Shown: positions 58,106 to 64,000 of the stretch, one piece after another | Layout of the letters: each line of letters begins with the position of its first letter | Position numbering within the stretch: the stretch's first letter is position 1 | NCBI GenBank assembly: GCA_001770775.1 | Contig: MESA01000021.1 | Span: 17,852-81,851, forward strand | DNA length: 64,000 nt | Direction of reading: 5' to 3' | Source of the DNA: Burkholderiales bacterium RIFCSPHIGHO2_12_FULL_63_20 | GTDB lineage: Bacteria; Pseudomonadota; Gammaproteobacteria; Burkholderiales; Burkholderiaceae_C | The notes under the pieces: generated by a model | What the model saw: the letters and a program-made list of their open reading frames with translations, nothing else | Told to the model about the DNA's origin: nothing | The model's database searches: none | Program-made: the position numbers and the translations under genes

Positions 58106-58495
58106 ATGACTTGGCTTGATGAGATTCACTGGGATGACAACGGTCTGGTACCGGTCATTGCCCAGGAGGACAGCACCGGTGATGTGCTGATGTTTGCCTG
58201 GATGAACCGGGAGGCGCTGGCATTGACGGCGCAAAAGGGTGAGGCGGTGTACTGGAGCCGTTCGCGCAAGCGCCTGTGGCACAAGGGCGAGGAGTCCGGT
58301 CACATCCAGAAAGTGCACGCCATACGCCTGGATTGTGACAACGATGTGGTGCTGTTGCGCGTTACCCAACTCGGTCACAAACCGGGCATCGCCTGTCACA
58401 CGGGCCGTCACAGTTGTTTCTTCCAAAAATATGAGAATGGCGAGTGGGTTGCTGCAGACCCGGTTCTCAAAGACCCCGAGCACATCTACAAATGA
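58106..58495 (+). CDS. hisI: Phosphoribosyl-AMP cyclohydrolase
   Basis: [24 protein letters not shown] and [10 protein letters not shown]. Confidence 0.97.
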   Translation: MTWLDEIHWDDNGLVPVIAQEDSTGDVLMFAWMNREALALTAQKGEAVYWSRSRKRLWHKGEESGHIQKVHAIRLDCDNDVVLLRVTQLGHKPGIACHTGRHSCFFQKYENGEWVAADPVLKDPEHIYK

Positions 58496-58872
58496 GCGAT
58501 TCCCTGGACACCCTGGACGTGTTGAGCCGCCTGGCCAGCGTCATCGAGTCACGCAAAGGTGGTGACCCTGACACAAGCTATGTGGCCCGACTGTTCCACA
58601 AAGGCACCGACACCGTGCTCAAGAAGGTTGGCGAAGAAGCCACGGAAGCGGTGATGGCGGGCAAGGACATGGCGGCCGACCCCAGTGAGGGCCATCGCAA
58701 GGCCCTGGTGGGAGAGTTCGCAGATCTGTGGTTTCATTCGATGGTGGCGATGGCCCACTTGGGATTGAGCCCGCGGGAGGTGGTCGGCGAGCTGGCGCGT
58801 CGTGAAGGTCTGTCGGGGCTGGAAGAGTTCGCTGCACGCAGCAAGTCGGCCTCAGGGTCGCAAGGCGTCTGA
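58492..58872 (+). CDS. hisE: Phosphoribosyl-ATP diphosphatase
   Basis: [26 protein letters not shown] and REGLSGLEE; ATGA overlap with hisI. Confidence 0.96.
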   Translation: MSDSLDTLDVLSRLASVIESRKGGDPDTSYVARLFHKGTDTVLKKVGEEATEAVMAGKDMAADPSEGHRKALVGEFADLWFHSMVAMAHLGLSPREVVGELARREGLSGLEEFAARSKSASGSQGV

Positions 58873-58918
58873 GTTTCGTTTTCATTTTTTGGGTCACAAC
58901 CCTTTATCGGAGTACATC

Positions 58919-59149
58919 ATGGGTTCTTTCAGCATCTGGCACTGGTTGATCGTGCTGGCCATCGTCGTCCTGGTGTTCGGCACCAAGAAGCTCAAGAACA
59001 TTGGTGGCGACCTCGGGTCGGCCGTCAAGGGCTTCAAGGACGGCATGCGTGACGGCACGACCGGCGAGCCGGTCGATCCGCAGAAGGTCACCAATGCCAC
59101 TCGCGACGACGCCAACACCGTCGACGTTGAAACCAAGACCAAGTCCTGA
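58919..59149 (+). CDS. tatA: Twin-arginine translocase TatA
   Basis: [25 protein letters not shown]...[10 protein letters not shown]. Confidence 0.97.
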   Translation: MGSFSIWHWLIVLAIVVLVFGTKKLKNIGGDLGSAVKGFKDGMRDGTTGEPVDPQKVTNATRDDANTVDVETKTKS

Positions 59150-59187
59150 TGGGCGCACCCTGCAGACTGCCGGGAGCGGCCTGATCC

Positions 59188-59664
59188 ATGCTTGATTTTG
59201 GTATCGACAAACTGGCCCTGATCGGGGCGGTTGCGCTGATCGTCATCGGCCCTGAAAAATTGCCCAAAGTGGCCCGCACCGTGGGCTTGCTGCTGGGCAA
59301 GGCGCAGCGCTACCTCTCTGATGTCAAGAGCGAGGTCAACCGCTCGATTGAGCTGGAAGAGCTCAAGAAGGCAAAGGAAGGCCTGGAGGAAGCCGCCCGT
59401 GACATCGGACAGAGCGTTTCGTCCAGTTTGCAAGAAGCGGGCGAGGGGCTGAGCGGGCAAGACCAGATCACTGCGGCCAGCTTCTACGATGATCAGCCCT
59501 TCTATGGCAGCGCCAAGCCGGTGCGCAAGAACTGGCGCATCAAACGAGGGGCCATGCCGCTTTGGTACAAGCAACAGCACGGCATCCGGCGCCATGCGCA
59601 GTCCGGCGCAGCCCGTGTGGCCCGCTTTCGCCCCCCTGTGGCCTCGAAGCCACGTCAACCCTGA
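59188..59664 (+). CDS. tatB: Twin-arginine translocase TatB
   Basis: MLDFGIDKLALIGAVALIVIGPEKLPKVART. Confidence 0.95.
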   Translation: MLDFGIDKLALIGAVALIVIGPEKLPKVARTVGLLLGKAQRYLSDVKSEVNRSIELEELKKAKEGLEEAARDIGQSVSSSLQEAGEGLSGQDQITAASFYDDQPFYGSAKPVRKNWRIKRGAMPLWYKQQHGIRRHAQSGAARVARFRPPVASKPRQP

Positions 59665-59676
59665 CACACACCTCCT

Positions 59677-60465
59677 GTGAGCGATCCCAAACCGAATCCA
59701 GACGAGCTGGATGGCTCCGAACAGCCCTTTGTGTCGCACCTGGTCGAGCTGCGCGATCGGTTGATCCGTGCCGTGATCGCCATTGCGGTGGCGTTTGCGG
59801 TGCTGGCCATCTACCCTTCGCCATCAGGCCTGTATGACTTTCTGGCGATGCCTCTGGTCGAGCACTTGCCCAAAGGTGCGACCCTGATCGCCACCAACCC
59901 GATCTCCCCCTTCATGGTGCCGGTGAAGGTGACCATGCTGGCAGCTTTCATGCTGGCCTTGCCGGTGGTCCTGTACCAGATCTGGGCATTTGTGGCGCCG
60001 GGCTTGTATTCCCACGAGAAAAAGCTGGTGATGCCGCTGATCGTCTCCAGCACCCTGCTCTTTTTTGCCGGCGTCGCGTTCTGCTATTACTTCGTGTTTG
60101 GCAAGGTCTTCACCTTCATCCAGAGCTTTGCGCCCAAGAGCATCACAGCCGCGCCCGACATCGAGGCCTATTTGAGCTTTGTGCTCAACATGTTTCTGGC
60201 CTTTGGTGCGGCGTTCGAGGTGCCGGTGGTGCTGGTGATCCTGGTCCGCATGGGCATGGTGTCGGTACAGAAGCTCAAGGATTTCCGCAGCTACTTCATC
60301 GTGATCGCTTTCGTGATCGCCGCCGTGGTGACTCCGCCGGACGTGGTCTCACAACTGGCCCTGGCCATCCCGATGTGCCTGTTGTACGAGGTGGGCATCT
60401 GGGCCGCGCAGTTGTTCGCCAAGCACACCAAGGCGCCTGACAGCGACGACGCTGCGACCACCTGA
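59677..60465 (+). CDS. tatC: Twin-arginine translocase TatC
   Basis: FVSHLVELRDRL, YQIWAFVAPGLY, AFEVPV and TPPDVVSQ. Confidence 0.97.
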   Translation: MSDPKPNPDELDGSEQPFVSHLVELRDRLIRAVIAIAVAFAVLAIYPSPSGLYDFLAMPLVEHLPKGATLIATNPISPFMVPVKVTMLAAFMLALPVVLYQIWAFVAPGLYSHEKKLVMPLIVSSTLLFFAGVAFCYYFVFGKVFTFIQSFAPKSITAAPDIEAYLSFVLNMFLAFGAAFEVPVVLVILVRMGMVSVQKLKDFRSYFIVIAFVIAAVVTPPDVVSQLALAIPMCLLYEVGIWAAQLFAKHTKAPDSDDAATT

Positions 60466-60491
60466 ATCTTCACTGCGCGTTAGCCAACGCC

Positions 60492-60527
60492 ATGCAAAAG
60501 GCCCGCACATCGGCGGGCCTTTTGCAT
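60492..60527. terminator. Bidirectional terminator between tatC and the PEP-CTERM gene
   Basis: Perfect 15-bp arms ATGCAAAAGGCCCGC / GCGGGCCTTTTGCAT around a 6-nt loop. Confidence 0.9.
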
Positions 60528-60562
60528 TCACGAGGGTTGTCCCCCGCGCCTCCCTGATGCGG

Positions 60563-61357
60563 TCAATCTTGACGTGTCTGACGACGACGCGCCACGCCCG
60601 CACCAGCCAGCGCCAAACCCACCAAAGCGAGTCCAGCAGGTTCGGGCACAGACAGAGGCTCGGTGGAGATGGCCAGACCAAAGATCAGATCGTTGCTCAG
60701 TCTCTCCACCGTCGTGAAGCCCAGGCAGTTGGGCGCCGCGCCGGCTGCCGCACACACACCGGCATCCAGCGTCTGCAGCACCCCGGTGCCACCGATGGGA
60801 AAGGCATTCACAAAATACTCAAACCCGTCGTAGTTGAACGACTCGTTGAGCAAACCGCTGGTGAGCACGAAGATGTCATTGCAAGGTGTCGGGCTACCCA
60901 CCACTTCACAGCTGCCATCGTTGGACGTTTCCAAAAACTGGATCGCGTAATTGATGCTGGGCAGCGGAAAGCCTGGGGCAACGGGAACGGTGGGCGTCAA
61001 CGCGAGAGACACCGTCAGCGTCGCATTCTGCAGTGATGTTCCGGTGATCGGGTTGTTGGCGTGTGTCAGGGTCAGCGTCTGGACCGTGTTGGCCGCCGGA
61101 GGCACACCAGCCCCGACATAGGTGTCCACACTGAGCCCAGGCACGGGGTTCGTGATGACCAGAGAGCTCTGACCAAACCCGGTGGAGGTGCCCCAGCGCA
61201 GTCGGGTGTCACCGAGATCCCGTGTGACGCCCGCAGGCCCCTGCGCCGTCCACAGCCCCTCAATGTCCACGCTCCAGGTTTCGACCATCGCGGCGTGGGC
61301 ATGGGCCCCCATCAGCAGTGCCGCCGCGGCGAAAACGGTTGTCGTCAAGTGTTTCAT
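60563..61357 (-). CDS. PEP-CTERM sorting-domain protein (THxN type)
   Basis: Signal peptide ...GAHAHAA; LRWG, THANNPI and C-terminal VPEP-AGLALVGLALAGAGVA-RRRQ. Confidence 0.92.
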   Translation of the reverse strand: MKHLTTTVFAAAALLMGAHAHAAMVETWSVDIEGLWTAQGPAGVTRDLGDTRLRWGTSTGFGQSSLVITNPVPGLSVDTYVGAGVPPAANTVQTLTLTHANNPITGTSLQNATLTVSLALTPTVPVAPGFPLPSINYAIQFLETSNDGSCEVVGSPTPCNDIFVLTSGLLNESFNYDGFEYFVNAFPIGGTGVLQTLDAGVCAAAGAAPNCLGFTTVERLSNDLIFGLAISTEPLSVPEPAGLALVGLALAGAGVARRRQTRQD

Positions 61358-61447
61358 ATTGAACCCCATCTCAAAGATGATGAACACGCATCCACAGGTG
61401 ATGCACCTTGTTGACGGGCCAGAAACTGCACCCCGCTTCCAGCAAAC

Positions 61448-61463
61448 AGCACAAATCATGCCG
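61448..61463 (-). promoter_or_regulatory. Probable sigma54 promoter of the PEP-CTERM gene
   Basis: CGGCATGATTTGTGCT gives GG-N10-GC at -24/-12 spacing with GGCA and TGC cores, about 90 nt upstream of the ATG. Confidence 0.55.
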
Positions 61464-61583
61464 CCACCACCTCAGCGCACCAAGTACCTGAAACACAACA
61501 ACTTTTCCCTGGCGTCCGTTACACGTCCTTCAAAGGGTGTCAAGAATGCCAACAGCAGCAGCCCCGCCACTTTGCACAGGTTG

Positions 61584-61605
61584 AAAAAGCCCGCGTTCGC
61601 GGGCT
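61584..61605 (-). terminator. Intrinsic terminator after the DegS/DegQ gene
   Basis: Minus strand AGCCCGC-GAAC-GCGGGCT then TTTT. Confidence 0.85.
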
Positions 61606-61611
61606 GGGGCG

Positions 61612-62799
61612 TCACTCTTCGCTGTCGTCCTGCTGGGCCTGTGCCGGCAGGGCCATCTTCGGGCGCTTGGCCACCGTGACCATGGCGGTCAGGCTCTGAC
61701 CGCCGCGCAGCAGGCGCAACTGGGCCGCTTCACCCGGCTTGAGCGCAGCCACGGCATTGAGCAACTGGGCCGTGTTGGCGACCTTCTGGGAGGCAACCTC
61801 CACCACCACATCCCCAGGACGCACGCCCCCCAGGGCCGCAGGCCCGTTGTGGAGCACGCCGGTGATGAGCACGCCCTCTTTGAGAGGCAGATTGAAGGTT
61901 TCGGCGATCTCGGGTGTCAGGTCGCGCGGCTCGACCCCGATCCAGCCACGGGTGACCTGACCGTCACGGATCAGGCTCTCCATCACCTGCCGGGCAGTGG
62001 ACACGGGAATCGCGAAACCGATGCCCATGCTGCCACCCGAGCGGGAGTAGATGGCGCTGTTGATGCCCACCAGATTGCCGTCGATGTCCACCAGGGCGCC
62101 GCCCGAATTGCCGGGATTGATGGCCGCGTCGGTCTGGATGAAGTTCTCGAAGGTGTTGATGCCCAGTTGATTGCGGCCCAAGGCACTGACGATGCCCGAG
62201 GTGACGGTCTGGCCCACACCGAAGGGGTTCCCGATGGCCAGCACGGCGTCGCCCACCTGCAAGGTTTCCGAACTGCCGAAGGTGATGGCCGGCAGGCGAT
62301 CGAGCTCGACCTTGAGCACCGCCAGATCGGTGTCAGGGTCCGTCCCGATGACCTCCGCCGAGGCTTTGCGGCCATCGCTGAGCATGATCTGGATGTCGTC
62401 CATGCGGTCGACCACATGGTTGTTCGTGAGCACGTAGCCTTCAGGCGAGACAATCACCCCTGAGCCCACACCGGACTGGGGTTGTGACTCCTGGTCACCG
62501 AAGAAGTAACGGAACCAAGGGTCGCTGCGGCGACTCTGGCGCGCTGCTGTATTGCTGGCACTCACGCTGACCACCGTGGGGGCGGCCTTGCGGGCGGCAT
62601 CCCGGAAACTGGTCTGCGCCTGGCGCTCAGCACTGGCGGCACTGCCCGCCGGTGACGGGGCCACGAGCACGGTGGGAACGGGTAATCCCTGTCGGGACGT
62701 CCAGCCCGAGAGCCACTGCGGACGGAAAGTCGCCACCACAAAGAGCACACCGACGGCAACGGTCACCGTCTGCGAGAAAATCAACCAGGTTTTGCGCAT
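61612..62799 (-). CDS. HtrA-family serine protease with one PDZ domain (DegS/DegQ/AlgW-like)
   Basis: N-terminal TM, GSGVIV, TNNHVV, DTDLAV, IQTDAAINPGNSGG and one PDZ (RGWIGVE). Confidence 0.95.
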   Translation of the reverse strand: MRKTWLIFSQTVTVAVGVLFVVATFRPQWLSGWTSRQGLPVPTVLVAPSPAGSAASAERQAQTSFRDAARKAAPTVVSVSASNTAARQSRRSDPWFRYFFGDQESQPQSGVGSGVIVSPEGYVLTNNHVVDRMDDIQIMLSDGRKASAEVIGTDPDTDLAVLKVELDRLPAITFGSSETLQVGDAVLAIGNPFGVGQTVTSGIVSALGRNQLGINTFENFIQTDAAINPGNSGGALVDIDGNLVGINSAIYSRSGGSMGIGFAIPVSTARQVMESLIRDGQVTRGWIGVEPRDLTPEIAETFNLPLKEGVLITGVLHNGPAALGGVRPGDVVVEVASQKVANTAQLLNAVAALKPGEAAQLRLLRGGQSLTAMVTVAKRPKMALPAQAQQDDSEE

Positions 62800-62827
62800 G
62801 TACATCACAAGCCAGAAAGGGCCCGCC

Positions 62828-63577
62828 GTGATCGATAGAGACACCCTGCATTCACACCTACACCAGTTGCTGGAGGCCGAACGCTTTCGGGATTATGGGC
62901 CGAACGGTCTGCAGGTGGAGGGCAAGCAGGTGATTCGCACCGTGGTGACTGGGGTCACGGCCAGCCTGGCTCTGATTGAGGCGGCCATCGAAGCTGGGGC
63001 CGATGCCATCCTGGTCCACCATGGGCTGTTCTGGAAGGGACAGGACGGGCGGGTCACGGGCTGGATGAAGCAGCGTCTGTCACGCCTGCTGGCCCACGAC
63101 ATCAACCTGCTGGCCTACCACCTGCCGCTGGACGCCCACGCCAGCCTGGGCAACAACGCCCAGTGGGGAGAACAACTGGGGCTGCAAGCCGATGCACGCT
63201 TTGGCGAGCAGGACCTGGGCTTCATTGGGGCGGCGCCTGAAGGGCTGAGCTTCGACGATCTGCAGGCCCGCATACGCGCCGTGATGGGCCGCGAGCCGGT
63301 GGGCCTGTCTGGGGATGGCCGCCCGCTGCGCCGCGTGGCCTGGTGCAGTGGCGGGGCGCAAAGCTACTTCGAAGGCGCGATCGCCGCAGGGGCTGACGTG
63401 TTCCTCACCGGTGAAATTTCCGAGCCACAGGCTCACTACGCGCGTGAAACCGGCGTGGCCTTCCTGGCCTGCGGTCACCACGCCAGTGAGCGATATGGGG
63501 TGCAGGCGCTGGGCCAGCACCTGGTCGAGCAATTGGGCGTGCAGCACACCTTCATCGAAATCGAGAACCCCGCGTGA
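62828..63577 (+). CDS. ybgI: Nif3-like dinuclear metal hexameric protein (YbgI/DUF34)
   Basis: DYGPNGLQVEG, ILVHHGLFW, AYHLPLDAH..LGNN, CSGG, TGE and GHHASE; GTG start at 62828. Confidence 0.95.
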   Translation: MIDRDTLHSHLHQLLEAERFRDYGPNGLQVEGKQVIRTVVTGVTASLALIEAAIEAGADAILVHHGLFWKGQDGRVTGWMKQRLSRLLAHDINLLAYHLPLDAHASLGNNAQWGEQLGLQADARFGEQDLGFIGAAPEGLSFDDLQARIRAVMGREPVGLSGDGRPLRRVAWCSGGAQSYFEGAIAAGADVFLTGEISEPQAHYARETGVAFLACGHHASERYGVQALGQHLVEQLGVQHTFIEIENPA

Positions 63578-63619
63578 GGTGGGGCGTCAGGTGCCGCGCA
63601 CGAGCTGCGTCGAGATGAC

Positions 63620-63649
63620 AAAAGGCCGCTGTGAACGCGGCCTTTTTTT
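63620..63649. terminator. Terminator between the convergent nif3 and hisF genes
   Basis: AAAAGGCCGC-TGTGAAC-GCGGCCTTTTTTT: T7 on the plus strand, T4 on the minus strand. Confidence 0.85.
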
Positions 63650-63689
63650 GCAAGTGGTGTGGGCAGGGCCATCTGCCCCTGCCAAGCGA

Positions 63690-64000
63690 TCAGAGTCGCA
63701 CCGGGATGCCCCGTTGGGCCATCAAGGCCTTGGCCTGCGCCACGGTGTACTCACCGTAGTGGAAGATGCTGGCAGCCAGCACGGCATCCGCCCCGCCCTG
63801 CTGCACGCCATCGGCCAGGTGGTCGAGGTTGCCCACGCCGCCCGAGGCGATCACTGGCACGCTCACCGCGTCGCTCACGGCCCGGGTCAGCTCCAGATCG
63901 AAGCCCGACTTGGTGCCGTCACGGTCCATGCTGGTCAGCAAGATCTCACCCGCACCGTGCTCGGCCATCTGCTTGGCCCAGGCCACAGCATCAAGGCCCA
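63690..64000 (-). CDS. hisF: Imidazole glycerol phosphate synthase cyclase subunit HisF (3' part only)
   Basis: [50 protein letters not shown] and RGIPVRL; frame is open to the window edge. Confidence 0.96.
   Translation of the reverse strand, partial: GLDAVAWAKQMAEHGAGEILLTSMDRDGTKSGFDLELTRAVSDAVSVPVIASGGVGNLDHLADGVQQGGADAVLAASIFHYGEYTVAQAKALMAQRGIPVRL

Noticed and set aside
58063-63680. AGGGGCA/TGCCCCT as site-specific inversion sites (phase variation)
   Set aside because: A 7-bp match between two roughly 100-nt regions is expected about once by chance, and there is no invertase in the window. Kept only as a candidate breakpoint.
1-64000. CRISPR arrays, IS elements, rRNA, known riboswitches and toxin-antitoxin or defence genes
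   Set aside because: No regularly spaced repeats, transposase motifs or recognisable aptamer consensus were found by eye. An Rfam/DefenseFinder scan would be needed to exclude divergent cases.

Overview
A GC-rich, gene-dense core-chromosome segment from a motile betaproteobacterium. Gene content and order point to Burkholderiales; this is an inference and no genus is asserted. Left to right: the end of a flagellar operon (flgJ-flgK-flgL), an EAL-like/HDOD protein, the SrkA kinase and a lone FliL; a minus-strand block of chemoreceptor, DASS transporter, diguanylate cyclase and ClpP-like protease; yggL, mepK/ldtD and tRNA-Ile2(CAT); tas, hrcA, nadK, recN and rapZ; a roughly 17 kb minus-strand fatty-acid/acyl-CoA catabolic region with a Liv-type ABC importer; TetR-RND-pcm-tolC; an orphan solute-binding protein with a hybrid kinase, a WYL regulator and tRNA-Thr(TGT); petABC-sspAB, mscL, a DUF1631-like protein and pdxA; then hisIE-tatABC, a PEP-CTERM gene, a DegS/DegQ-type protease, Nif3 and the 3' end of hisF. 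I saw no transposase, integrase, prophage, CRISPR array, rRNA or recognisable defence system. Most of the window is ordinary housekeeping. The best leads are (1) an apparent 5.6 kb inversion that splits hisF from hisIE-tatABC, (2) a translationally coupled chemoreceptor-carboxylate transporter-diguanylate cyclase unit followed by a divergent ClpP-like protease, (3) a transporter-less periplasmic binding protein coupled to a hybrid kinase, and (4) the promoter architecture of the WYL gene plus several operator-like palindromes. All family assignments come from motif recognition by eye; no database search was run.
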